DNA of 64,000 bases from NCBI RefSeq assembly GCF_009914755.1, contig NC_060926.1; one strand, written 5' to 3'. The stretch comes from the human T2T-CHM13v2.0 reference genome, Homo sapiens. Under the pieces are notes generated by a model. That model saw only the letters and a program-made list of their open reading frames with translations. It did no database searches and was not told the origin of the DNA. The position numbers and the translations under genes are program-made. How positions within the stretch are numbered: the first letter of the stretch is position 1; every line of letters begins with the position of its first letter. Positions 42,090 through 62,324 of the stretch are shown in pieces.

Positions 42090-42340
42090 AGAAAAGTGAT
42101 GAAGAACATGAGAGAAGAATCAGATGGACCTGGTTTTGAATCTCAGCTCTCCCTCTTACTAGCTGTGTGACTATGGGCATGTTGCTCAGCCTCATTTAAA
42201 CCCCAATTTTCTCACCTGTAAAGTAGAGACAATAAGGTACCTTGAGCTGGCAGGGTTGTTGGGAGCATAAAAGGATTAATCACATCTAAACCACTTATAT
42301 ACAGTATATAGTATTACACAGTAAACAGTCAGTGGTTGTT
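42090..42340. mobile_element. MIR
   Basis: gacctggttttgaatctcagctctccctcttactagctgtgtgactatgggc...ctcacctgtaaagtagagacaataa. Confidence 0.75.
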
Positions 42341-43536
42341 AGTCATGACTATGATTATCGCCACCATTAGGAATTGATTGCCTCATGCTACTAAACCCAT
42401 AAATCTGCAAAAAAACTCTTCATCTCATACATGGGGAAGAGGATACTGATACGCAGAAATGGCTGAGTGGCTTTTATCCTCCAAAGTGAACTCACTTTAG
42501 ATCTATTTTTTAAACTTTCTATTATATGTGCAATCCATGTTTCATTATTTAAATTTTTTTTTATCTCCACTTTGTACACTTAATGTTTAAATATTTTAAC
42601 TCATTTAAAATCTTATGAATAAGCAATGCATTCACATGGATCCATAAAAAAATGAAAGAATGCTAGGCAGTGAAGAATCGACTTCTTGCCCTTGCCCCCT
42701 AATTTGCCAGCCCCCACTCCCTCTATAATACGTATTCATTTTATTAGTCTGCAGATCCTTCCAGTTTCTTTACACAAACATATAAAAACACAAATAAATA
42801 ACATTTAAATTCTTAGAAGTGGGCCAGGTGCAGTGGTTCATGACTGTAATCCCAGCACTTTGGGAGGCAGAGGAGGGCTCCCAAAATCAAAAAGGATCGC
42901 TTGAGCCCAGGAGTTTGAGACCAGTCTGGGCAACATAGGGAGATCCCCATCTCTATTGAAAAAAAGAAAAAGAAAAAGAAAAAAGACAATTCTTACAAGT
43001 ACAAAACCTATCCCATCTACGTGACTCTATAAAGCATCACAAACCATTAGGCCTTTACAAGTCTGAGTATGAGGAAAAAAATCTACTTAACATACTGAGT
43101 TCAAGTCAGATATCACAAACAAAAAATCTTTTGAGTTGTTTGTTTCTAGTATCTTTCTCAGGGTTTCAATGGAATTATTGACACTAATTAGGTAAGGCCA
43201 CACAGAATCTAAATTACATATGAATTTACACAAAATATAAATACTTCTACCGTAGTTATTAATTTCATATAAACTGTAAACACTGTTTATATGTCCATGG
43301 TGTTGCCTTAAAACCTGCCTTAACTAAGATGTCTACAAGATTTGTCACGATTATAAGAATAGGGAAGTGGATCATCATAGAACTAAACAGTTTATTCCTA
43401 ATAGTTTATCCATTGTTTCTTTAAAAAATTGTTTACATTAAATTTAGCCCTATAAAAGGAATATATAATTTCAAATAAATAAACCTTTACTATTCTGGCA
43501 GCTAAGCTCAAATTCTCTTGGTCTAGATTTAAATAG

Positions 43537-43963
<427 letters not shown>

Positions 43964-44093
43964 TAACTATTGGTTTCATTTTTTAAACTTGCCTTGTTTC
44001 AATAACCCCATGGACAAATTAAGGTAAAAATGGCCAGACACAGTGGCTCACCCAGTAATCCCAGCACTTTGGGAGGCTGAGGCAGGCGGATCA

Positions 44094-44336
<243 letters not shown>

Positions 44337-44639
44337 TTAATGTGAAAATGCTTGATGTAATGTTAGATATATTTTATTATCCAAATAAGCCCAACAAACA
44401 AAGGGAATTACCAAAACTTTTTCATGTTTTTCATATTTAAAAAATCTACTACAGGATTCCCTTTGACATGCCCTATTGCACCCCCCATAAATAATGATGT
44501 TTCCATACAAACATTAGTCACTGTATGATTGTGGGCTGCAAGATACTTAATTTGGGTTCACATATTTGAAGCTATTTCAATGGCTTATTCCACTTACTCA
44601 TCAATAAATACGACAAAGTTATTTGATAGGAAAGACTAA

Positions 44640-45162
<523 letters not shown>

Positions 45163-45467
45163 TTAATAAAGGGTCCACATTAGAAGGTAGCCATTAAACT
45201 TTTAATTTCTAAAATATGTAATGTCAAACTTTTATGTATCTTTTTTTGAAACTAGGACTTTAATACCGAAAATATCAAATAGAGGGCAGCATGCAACTAA
45301 AAGTTGACTTTTGTGAACCTAGAATATAATGTAATATAAAAAGCTGCCGGCTGGGCGCAGTGGCTCATGCCTGTAATCCTACCACTTTGGGAGGCCGGGG
45401 GAGGCAGATCACGAGGTCAGGAGTTCATGACCAGCCTAGCCAACATAGTGAAACCCCGTCTCCACTA

Positions 45468-45587
<120 letters not shown>

Positions 45588-46685
45588 TCACCACACTCCA
45601 GCCTGGGCAACAGAGTGAGACTCATCTAAAAAAAAAAAAAAAAAAAAAAGTTGCCAATCACCAAAGAATGATTATGATACATTGTTACATGATTATCAGC
45701 GATGCACTGGGCCATAAACTTTTCACTAATCATGGGTGACACAACTGAATATCATCAAATCAATCTGAAAACTATAACAGGGTCCATCTTGCTGTTTGTT
45801 TGTTGTGGCAGTTATCATTAATGTTTTTTAAATATCACTGATGTCAGTTAGGAAGATGTTCTGAAAACAACCAGTTAAGAATCATAGATATATACAGTTT
45901 TCCACACAAATACCAAATTTTCCCAAACTCATTGTATAGTCTTTTATATCTTTGACAAGATCAGAATAATATATTGGACTCAGCATATACATTTACATAC
46001 AAATTGGTTCATGCTGGACAATTCTACTAAAAGTATACACTTGAAAGCATTATATCATATAAATGTTAGTTATCATTATTTTATAACCTGTGTCAAACTG
46101 AGTAAATTCCTTCAACAAATAGAGAACAGACCTTCATTTATTCAATTTTGTTCACTCGTTCATCAATACTGGAGATTTAGGAACAAACTTTTTCCTGTTC
46201 TCATGGAAATTACTGTCTAGCATGAGAGACAAGTTAATATAGGTATAAAATTGTACAATGAAACAGAGTACAGAGCACAGTAGGCATACACAGTAGAGGG
46301 AACCTAACATAGTCCAGGGAATCAGGGAATGTATCTCTAAGAACATAAGTCTCTGAGTAAGCTGAGACCTGAAGGATGTTCTAGAACAGATACTAGATCC
46401 AGAGGACTGAGAGGTCTAGGAGTCAGGCAAGGTGATTTGGGTGTAAGGGAAGAGTAGGCTGCAGCCATTACATATGGTATATTAGATACTTCAAACAACT
46501 CTAACCTGTTCTACTTCTAGAAAACTCTTAAGGGCACAGTGCATCCATGTGAGATATGCAACTGAAAATTAGGTCACTTTATTACAACAAATGAAAAGCA
46601 AAATACACAACACTAAAATAAAATATCAAAAAACAGGTATATAAGTAATATGACCAACAGCTACAAAATAAAGGTTATATTTTAA

Positions 46686-47014
<329 letters not shown>

Positions 47015-47164
47015 TAAAACCCTTTTTTTCCCTCAAGTGACTTATGATCATTACATAAAAATGAGACTGTACAAACTAAGAATTTTTTCATTTTATCAAT
47101 AATCCCACCACCTAGAGATATTCTGGTACATAAATTCCTAAATTTTTTCTCTATATATGTACTA

Positions 47165-47638
<474 letters not shown>

Positions 47639-48190
47639 AAAGGAAAAGAAATTTTTTAAATGTGTGAAATAATAAATAATAAACTCAATAAAGAAGCTGG
47701 CCTTCTATCAGGAGGCTGAGGCTGTAGTGACCCGTGATTACGCCACTGAATTCCAGCCTGGGCGACAGACTGAGACCTTGTCTGAACGACAACAAAAAGA
47801 ATCAGAATTTGAACTCTATTTCCTTAAAGTAAGATAATGTTTTGAAATTTTTTTTTTTGGAAGGCAGTCCCACTCTGTCGCCCAGGCTAGAGCACAATGG
47901 TGTGATCTCTGCTCACTGCAACCTCCTACTCCCAGGCTAAAGCCATCCTCCCACCTCAACGTTCCTAGTAGCTAGGACTACAGGTGCACGCCACCACACC
48001 TGGCTAATTTTTGTATTTTTTAGTAGAGATGGGGTCTCATCACGTTGTCCAGGCTAATCTCGAATTCGTGACCTCAAGTGATCTACCCACCTCAGCCTAC
48101 CAAAGTGCTGGGATTACAGGTGTGAGCCACTGCACCCAGCCATGTTTTGAAATTTTAAAATTCAATTTAGTGCTTTAAATGTGTATTTCA

Positions 48191-48497
<307 letters not shown>

Positions 48498-49079
48498 TTA
48501 AAAAAAAGAAAAATAGCCATAATTAAAATATATATAAAAAACAAAATTGTGTTAAATATGTATTTATATATACACAACAGATATTATATATATTTTATAT
48601 ATAACAGATATTTTATATTTATATATATAACAGAATTCCATAATCAGTTTAGAAAATATAACTTTGTATTTTTTAAAAATTTTATAGGTATAAACAAAGG
48701 TATTACTGTACTAAGGTTTTCACCATTACCACCAAAATGGTAATATGCCAAATTTCTAAAATATCAGATAACTCTACATTTCTGATATACAGATTTTCAC
48801 GAATGGAATATTATGTAAACATTATAAATCCTGTTTTCAAAAGAATCTTGAAGAACATAGGGAAATGGCTATGGTATACTTTTGAGGGAAAACTAGAAAA
48901 CTCAAATTATTGTCATGAGAATGTCATTAATTAATAATTAAGAATTAATCTCATGAGAAAGTGGTCATAATTCAGTGATAAAAGGAAAAGAGCATTTACG
49001 GAAATAAATGAAAATAATACAGATAACATGATTTCAATTTTGCTTTTTAATATAAACACATGGCTCACTGGAAAATTTA

Positions 49080-49119
49080 CACACGCACGCGCGCACGCGC
49101 ACACACACACACACACACA
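49080..49119. repeat. Mixed (CA)/(CG) alternating purine-pyrimidine tract
   Basis: Directly visible. Confidence 0.9.
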
Positions 49120-50047
49120 GAGAAAGACTAGAAGGAAACAGAATCAAAATGTTAACAGTGCTCATTCTCTCATGAATGGTAACAAGAAGATTTTTCCCTT
49201 CTCATTTGTGTATTTTTAAAATTTTCCACAATAAACAAGTATTTGCATTATAAACAGAAGGAATTTTTTTCTTAAAAAAAATTCAATGTAATAAAATACT
49301 TGCACAAATAATCTGTGAGGTAATGTAAATATTAATAGAAAACACACTGAAAAGGCCAGCTACAGTGGCTAACACCTCTAATCCCAACACTTTGGGAGGT
49401 AAAGGTGGGAGGATCGCTTCAGGCCAGGAGTTTGAGACCAGCTTGGGCAATACAGCGAGACCCTCACCTCTACAAAAAAAAATTTTTTTAATTAGCTGGG
49501 TATGGTTTCACATGCCTATAGTCCCAGCTACTCAGGAGGCTGAGGTGGGAGGGTCATTTGAGCCCAGGAGTTTGAGGCTGCAGTGATCTATGATCACACC
49601 ACTGCACTCCAGCCTGGGCGACAGAGCAAGACCCTGTCTCTAAAAACAAAAAAATGAAAACCAACACTGAAAAGAAACTAAAATAACACATGTAAATAAA
49701 CATAAAATACTACTTTTGTAGTTAAAAATCTATAAATGTTACTTTTAAATAACATGAAATTTCTAAGCATTCTATTTTTTTAAAGCCAGGTAACATTCTC
49801 AAATCTTCAATGAATAAATTCTAATCAAACTTCAGCAAAATTTTAGTAATGGTTTAATTTTACTGTTAGCTCATGGCAGTATTATTTTGCCACCTGTAGC
49901 ACTTTAATAAAGCAAGAAAACCAAAACATAATGCTTAAACGTTTAGGACTTAGTGGTCATCTCCCACTGTGCCTCAACTATCCTCTCACAAAATAAAGAA
50001 AGCAAACTGAGATGAGTCCCTTAAGAATAGGTTGCTGTGGCTCTAAC

Positions 50048-50272
50048 CTGGTTCGACTGCATGCAGCTCTCCGCAGTTCTTGTATTAACTGACCAGTGCA
50101 TTCTGGTTCTTTACTGGCCGCCTGCAGCAAAGCTTTCCTAAACGTATGCCGGCATTTCTTTTGACGAGATTCTGCCCGCTCCAGGCGGCAGAGGTGCTTA
50201 TATTTCTGCTGAAAGTAAGTGCAAAGTTGAGTCACCCTGGAGCTCCTACTCTCCGCATCATCATCATCTGAC
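50048..50272 (-). CDS. INO80D: INO80D exon (SDDDDAESRSSRVTQLCTYFQQKYKHLCRLERAES...RRAACSRT); the most 5' exon found in the window
   Basis: 225 nt; tttccag|G acceptor, AG|gttaga donor; phase 2/2, joins the next exon in frame. Confidence 0.93.
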
Positions 50273-50811
50273 CTGGAAAGTGCAGGGAGAGAAAGGAAAA
50301 ACTGATTACACATTAGGCTCATTTTAGACAGGGTAAACGAGAATTAGGAAATGTAGCTGAATGCACAGGTTTAAAACTTTTGTGGCATGTGAGCACATAC
50401 TTCACACAATTAGAGTAAGAGAATTCCAACAGAGCTGAACTAAGTACAGTATTTCAACAGTAAGGACAGAGTTAATCCAGTGTTTTCAAAAACAGCCTTC
50501 TTAGCATGGCATCAGTAGACACTTAATATACCAGTGTCTTCTAAATTTTAAGTGACTAGAGACCCCTGAGGAAAAAAATTCATTTCTTTACCTTTACTTA
50601 CTAAAAAGTCTGAGTAAATGACATGACAGTTATGAGGAAACACATAGCATAATTTCATAAAAGATAGGTCATACCAGAAATAGGGCAGCGAATTCTAACA
50701 GTTTATTATCTAAGAGCTGCCCTTTTAACCATTCTGGTTTTTAACCACCTTTTTCTTGCTAACCACCTAAAGAAATTTGGTTGTAGGGATCGCATTAATT
50801 CTACCATGTAT

Positions 50812-53246
<2,435 letters not shown>

Positions 53247-53595
53247 TCACTTTGGTGACTCAATATGAAAGATTAGAAAGTCAATGACTCAATGACTTAG
53301 AATATGCATAACTAGGAAAACAGAAGTCTCATTCATAGAAAAAGGAAATGGAGAGGAAAGGCAGATCTTAAAGGGAAGGTAAAGCTTGGGTCGATAATCA
53401 GTTGCCAAAACTGTTATTTTAAAAAGATGCACCTGCGCCCCTGCCACCGCTATCACCACCTCAGTGTCCCTTGGCTCCAGTCCCACTCTTAGGACAGCAC
53501 CGCCACTGCTGCATGGCCCTGCCTGCCTCCTGTGCTGCGCAGCACTTGCGGGTGCCCCAGATGGCACTTTACCCCTAGGACTGGCTTAAAATAGT

Positions 53596-56500
53596 GGAGT
53601 GATCATCATGGCCGATGAGAGGCAGGACTGGATTGCAGCTCCAACTCGGACAGACAGAGCAGAGTGCCGAGGCTTGCATAGTGAATTTTATCTCCAGAAC
53701 AACTGCAAGAACAAACCAGGAATCCCGAGAGGACCTACAGACCCTCTGAAGGAAGTGGACTGCTCCTGCAGGATCCGGAGACACTCCAAATACCGTGAGT
53801 GCCCAAACTGCGGAAGTAGGAAAGGGAGATTCTCCGTTTCGAACACACACCGCTGCTGGGGAAACTGAAGGTCTAGTTTGCAGGAGAAGTTTCCGACCTT
53901 ACCTGGAGCTGAGTCAATTTAGAGAGCTGAGCAAAATAACAGGGGTAGAGAAAGCAGCAGGAAACGCTCTGGGAGCTCACTGGGTCCCCAAGCAGGTCAT
54001 TCCTGCCTGGCATCACAGAGATCTTTCGGGAGGGCAGCCAGAGGCATGGGGAAAATGCCACAGGGAGAAGGAAATCTCCAGCTGAACTTTGTAACAATTT
54101 GAACCTGGCGAGAAGCCTCCTGGCCAGAATGTGGGGAAGGCCACAAATCGTCTGTGCAGACTCCACAGGTGGGGAAAGAACCAAAGCCCCTCTCTTTTGC
54201 AGCTGGGAGGCAGGTAGCCTCGGACAAGTTCTCAAGCCCTGCTCACCCACTGCCTGGAAACAGACTGGGGCTATTAGGTGGGGCATGGTGGGAGTGAAAC
54301 CAGCCCCTCAGATTGTGTGGGAGCTGGGTGAGGCCTATGACTGCCGGATTTCCCCCACTTCTCTGACAACCTGTGTGATTCAGCAGAGGCAGCCATAATC
54401 CTCCTAAATACACAACTCCATTGATCTGGGAGCCTTTGCCTAGACACATTGTCATTAGGTTATCCAAAGTTAAGACGAAGGAAAGAATCTTAAGAGCTGT
54501 GAGACAGAAGCACCAGATAACCTATAAAGAAAACCTGTGAGATTAACAGCAGATTTCTCAAGAGAAACCCTACAAGCTAGAAGGGATTGGGGCCCTATCT
54601 TCAGCCTCCTTAAACAAAACAATTATCAGCCAAGAATTTTGTATCAAGCAAAACTAAGCATCATATATGAAGGAAAGATACAGTCGTTTTTCAGACAAAC
54701 AAATGCTGAGAGAATTCACCATGACCAAACCACCACTACAAGAACTGCTAAAAGGAGCTCTAAATCTTGAAACAAATCCAGGAAACACATCAAAACAGAA
54801 TCTTTTTAAAGCATAAATTATACAGGACCTATAAAACAAAAATACAAGTTAGAAAGTGAAACAAAAAACAAAAGTACACAGGCAACAAAGAGCACAATGA
54901 AAGCAACGGTACCTCATATTTCAATACTAACATTGAATGTAAATGACCTAAATGCTCCACTTAAAAGATACAGAACCACAGAATGGATAAGAACCCACCA
55001 ACCAACTATCTGCTGCCTTCAGGAGACTCACCTAACATATAAGGACTCACATAAACTTAAAGGCACAGAAAAAGGCATTCCATGCAAATGGACACCAAAA
55101 GCAAGTAGGGGTAGCTATTCTTATATCAGACAAAACAAACTTTAAAGTAACAGCAGTTAAAACAGACAAAGAGGGATATTATATAATAGTAAAAGGCCTT
55201 GTCCAGCAACCACAGAATAAACACTCTATTCAACAGTGCATGGAACTTTCTCCAAGATAGACCATATGCTAGACCACAAAATGAGCCTCAATAAATTTAG
55301 GAAAATTGAAATTATATCAAGTATCTCTCAGACTACAGTGGAATAAAACTGGGAATCAACTCCAAAACAAACCTTCAAAACCATCCAAATACATGGAAAT
55401 TAAATAACCTGCCCCTGAAAGAGCTTTGGGTCAAAAACACAATCAAGATGGAAAATTAAAAATTCTTCAGATTGAATGACAATAATGACACAACCTATGA
55501 AAACCTCTTGGATACAGCAAAGGCAGTGCTAAGAGGAAAGTTCATAGCCCTAAACGCCTACATCAAAAAGACTGAAAAAGCACAAACTGACATTCTAAGG
55601 TCACACCTCAAGGAAGTAGAGAAACAAGAAGAAACTAAACCCAAACCCAGCAGAAGAAAGGAAATAACCAATATCAGAGTAGAACTAAATGAAATTGAAA
55701 CAAACAAACAAAAAAATACAAAAGATAAATGAAACAAAAAGCTGGTTCTTTGAAAAGACACATACAATTGATAGGCCATTAGCAAGATTAACCAAGAAAA
55801 GAAGAGAGAAAATCCAAATAACCTCAATAAGAAACAAAACAGGAGATGTTACAACTGATACTACTGAAATACAAAAGATCATTCAAGGCTACTATGAACA
55901 CCTTTATGTACATAAACTGGAAAACCTAGAAGAGATGGATAAATGGATAAATTCCTGGAAAAATATAACCCTCCTAGCTTAAATCAAGAATTAGATAACC
56001 TGAACAGACCAACAACAAGCAGCATGATTGAAATGGTAATTTAAAAATTACCAACAAAAATCAGTCCAGGATCAGACTTATTCACAGCAGAATTCTACCA
56101 GACATTCAAAGAAGAATTGATACCAATCCTTTTGACACTATTCCACAAGATAGAGAAAGAAGGAATCCTCCCTACTTCATTCTATGAAGCCAGCATCACC
56201 CTAATACCAAAACCAGGACATAACCAAAAAAGAAAACCACAGACCGATATCCCTGATGAACATAGATGGTAAAACCCTTAACAAAATATTACCTAACCGA
56301 ATCCAACAACTTATCAAAAAGATAATTCACCATGATCAAGTGGGTTTCATACCAGGGATGCAGAGATGGTTTAACATAAGCAAGTCAAGAAATGCAATAT
56401 ACCACATAAACAGAATCAAAAATAAAAATCACATGATCATCTCAATAGATGCAGAAAAAGCATTTGACAAAATCCAGCACCTCTTTATGATTAAAACTTT

Positions 56501-58660
56501 CAGCAAAATTGGCATACAAGGGACATACCTCAATATAATAAAAGCCATCTATAACAAACCCACAGCCAACATAATACTGAATGGGGAAAAGTTGAAAGCA
56601 TTCCCTCTGAGAACTGGAACAAGACAAGGATGCCCACTCTCACCACTCCTCTTCAACATAGTACTGGAAGTCCTAGCCAGAGCAATTAGATAAGAGAAAG
56701 AAATAAAGGGCATCCAAATCAGTAAAGAGGAAGTCAAACTGTCACTGTTTGCTGATGATCTGATCGTTTACCCTTGAAAACCATTAAGACTCCAGAAAGC
56801 TCCTAGAACTGATAAAAGAATTCAGTAAAGTGTCCGGATACAAGGTTAATATACACCAATCAGTAGCTCTTCTATACACCAACAGCAACCAAAATCAAGA
56901 ACTCAATCCCTTTTACAATAGCTGCAAAAGAAAAATAATAATAATAAAATACTTAGGAATATACCTAACAAAGGAGGCGAAAGACCTCTACAAGGAAAAC
57001 TACAAAACACTGCTGAAAGAAATCATGGATGACACGAACAAATGGAAACACATCCCATGCTCATGGACAGGTAGAATCAATATTGTGAAAATGACCATAC
57101 TGCCAAAAGTAATCTACAAGTTCAACATAATCCCCATCAAAATACCACCTCATTCTTCACAAAATTAGAAAAAACAATTCTAAAATTCATAAGGAACCAA
57201 AAAGCAGCCCACATAGCCAACACAAGACTAAGCAAAAAGAACAAATCTGGAGGCAACACACTACCTGATTTCAAACTATACTATAAGGCCACAGTCACCA
57301 AAAAAGCATGGTATTGGTATAAAAATGGGCACACAGACCAACGGGACAGAATAGAGAACCCAGAAATAAACTCAAATACTTACATCCAACTAATCTTTGA
57401 CAAAGCAAACAAAAACAAAGTGGAAAAAGAACACCCTTTCAACAAATGGTGCTGGGATAATTGGCTAGCCACATGTAGGAGAATGAAACCGGATCCTCTC
57501 ACCTTATACAAAAATCAACTCAAGGTCAATTAAGGACTTAAATCTAACACCTGAAACTATAAAAATTCTAATACTGGAAAAACCTTCCTAGACATTGGCT
57601 TAGGCAAGGAGTTCATGACCAAGAACCCAAAAGCAAATGCAGTAAAAACAAAGATAAATAGCTGGGACGTAATTAAACTAAAGAGCTTTTGCACAGCAAA
57701 AGGAACAGTCAGCAGAGTAAACAGACAACCCACAGAGTGGGAGAAACTCTTCACAATCTATTCATCTGACAAACGACTAATATCCAGAATCCACAACGAA
57801 CCCAGACAAATCAGTAAGAAGAAAACAAACAATCCCAATAAAAAGTGGGCTACGGACATGAATAGACAATTCCCAAAAGAAGATAAACAAATGGGCAACA
57901 AACATATGAAAAAATGCTCAACATCACTAATTGCAAATTTGATTTGCAGGGAAATGCAAATCAAAACCACAATGCAATACCATCTTACTCCTGCAAGAAT
58001 GGCCATAATCAAAAAATCAAAAATCAGTAGATGTTGGCATGGATGTGGTGATCAGGGAACACTTCTACACTGCTGGTGGGAATGTAAACTAGTACAGCCA
58101 CTATGGAAAACAGTGTGGAGATTCCTTAAAGAACTAAAAGTAGAACTACCATTTGATCCAGCAATCCCACTACCGGGTACCCACCCAGAGGAAAAGAAGT
58201 CATTATGCAAAAAAGATACTTGCACACACATTTATAGTAGCACAATTCGCAACTGCAAAATCATGGAACCAACCCAAATGCCCATCAGTCAACGAGTGGA
58301 TAAAGAAACTGTGGTATATGATGGAATACTACTCAGCCATAAAAAGGAATGAATTAATGGCATTTGCAGTGACCTGGATGAGATTGGAGACTATTATTCT
58401 AAGTGAAGTAACTCAGAAATGGAAAACCAAACATCCTATGTTCTCACTGATATGTGGGAGCTAAGCTATGAGGACCCAAAGGCATAAGCAAGATACACTG
58501 GACTTTGGGGACTTGGGGGGAAGGGTGGAAGGGGAGCAAGGGATAAAAGACTACAAATAGGGTGCAGTGAATACTGATCTCACAAATCACCACTGAAGAG
58601 CTTATTCATGTAACCAAATACCACCTGTACCCCAATAACCTATGGAAAACTGAAAAAATA
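53596..58660 (+). mobile_element. L1PB-type LINE-1 with both ends present, internally deleted and frameshifted (inactive)
   Basis: 5'UTR ...atggccgatgagaggcaggactggattgcagctcc; ORF1 C-terminus RLTADFSRETLQARRDW; ORF2 EN PHISILTLNVN and [23 protein letters not shown]; L1PB1-like 3'UTR; TSD aaaaagatgc. Confidence 0.92.
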
Positions 58661-59509
58661 AAAAAGATGCTATTACTGCAGAATGGAAGGACTAAATCAG
58701 TGCTTCTCAAGTTAAGTGTGGAAAGACGCACTTGGATGCTGAGGCACGTTACATGATTATACGATTTTCTAAAGCTTATTCATAATTTCCATACTTATTT
58801 TATCACAGACCAGTAACAAGCAGTTTGCAGACTGACACAGGTCCACAGACCATCCCTTGCAAGGACATAATTTAGAACATCTTCAGGATGCTTCCCACTT
58901 CTAAGATCAAGGACATTAATATTTCAAACCTGGTTGCTGATGAAGAGTAGAGAATTGAGAAGAGAAAGGCCAGTTTCCCTTCATTTAGCAGTGACAAAAC
59001 CTGGCACCTAGTGCATTCTCAGTTTGTGTTTGTTTCCTTCCTTCTTTCTTTCCATATCTGTGAAATGAGAGATACACCTGGCCTACCTCCCAAGGTTGTT
59101 TACAAAAAAGGAAAGAAATGATACCTGTGAAGTAACAATATAAATACAGATATTGTTATTACTAAGATGCTATTAATAACCCAAATACAGAGCAGCAAAT
59201 TCTACACTTGATATTCTAAGATTCCAGGCTTGTCCATAATCTCAAGGCATGCCATGAACTTCTCCAAGGGAAATTCATTTTAATTTACTTTATTAAGACA
59301 ACCAAACAGCAAAATGGTAATACCTCTAATAAAAACAGGAGAATCAGAAAGAGGCATACATATTAAGAAAAATAATGAGTTTAGTTTTAGAAATGCTGAA
59401 TTTAAGGTATTGACCAAATACGTGATGAGAAATATCCAACGAGCAATTCAAACTCAAAAGAATCATTAGACATGAGTAAAAGATTTGGGAGTCATTCACA
59501 AAAAGATAA

Positions 59510-60186
59510 CAAGTAAACCCAGTTAGAATGGCTATCATTAAAAAGACACTGTTGGTGGGAATGTAATTAGTACAGCCTCTATGGAAAACAGTATAAAGAT
59601 TTCTCAAAGAAGTAAAAATAGAACTATAGAACTTCCATTCAACCCAGCAATCCCATTACCAGGTATCTACTTAAAGGAAAGTAAGTCAATGTATCAAAAT
59701 GATACCGACACTCATATGTTGATAACAGCACTATTCAGAATAACAAAGAATGGAATCAACCTAAGTGTCCATCAGTGGACAAATGGATAAAGAAAATGTG
59801 TTGTATGTATACATAATGGAATGCTATTTAGCCAAAATAAAAAAAGAATAAAATCATGTCTTTTGCAGCAACATGTATAGAATTAGGGGCTTATTATAAG
59901 TGAAACAAGCCAGGCACAGAAAGACAAGTATCACATGTTCTCACTCATAAGTGGGTACTAAAAAACATGTTCACATAGACGTAGAGAATGGAGTGATAGA
60001 CGATGAAGACTCAGAAGGGTGACGGGGTGGAAGAGCGGAGGATAATGAGAAATTGGTTAACAGGCACAATGTATGTCATTCATGTGATTGGTACCCTAAA
60101 AGCCCTGACTTGATCACTACACAATCTATGCATAACAAAACTGCATGTGTACCCCATAAATGTGTACAAATAATATGGAAATAAAA
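59510..60186 (+). mobile_element. 5'-truncated older L1 (L1MA-like) 3' end
   Basis: ORF2 tail (ELPFNPAIPLPGIY) and 3'UTR ending catgtgtaccccataaatgtgtacaaata. Confidence 0.8.
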
Positions 60187-60486
60187 TTACTAGTCATCTG
60201 TTGTATTCTATTTTGATCTGTGTATTAGAATATTTGTGGTATAAAGATGAATAAATTGTGTTCTTTGACCTTGAGGGTAAAAAGAGGTACCTGATAAAAC
60301 TTTTAAAAGAAACACTTAACAGCATATGGTAGTTTAGATACTCTAACAGAACTTGTTGCCATTCTAAAGCAACAATATACTAGGTAAAATATATGAATGC
60401 ATTGTTGGTCCCAATAGGAAGTAGAGGAGATCTCTTCCCCTAACTGCTCATCAAAAAGTAAATAAACAATAAATAGAAAAAACTTG

Positions 60487-62241
<1,755 letters not shown>

Positions 62242-62324
62242 GCCCAAGACCAGATGGCTTCACTAGTGAATTATACTAAAACATTTAAAGAATAACTAAC
62301 ATGTTAGACGTAAATGCAATAATA

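Noticed and set aside
49080-49150. Second UG tract preceded by ttccttctag as a cryptic exon
   Set aside because: Lies in an old L1-like fragment with no convincing downstream donor; evidence too weak.
54537-58464. L1 ORF1/ORF2 fragments as an active element
   Set aside because: Many stops, frameshifts and deletions; old subfamily.
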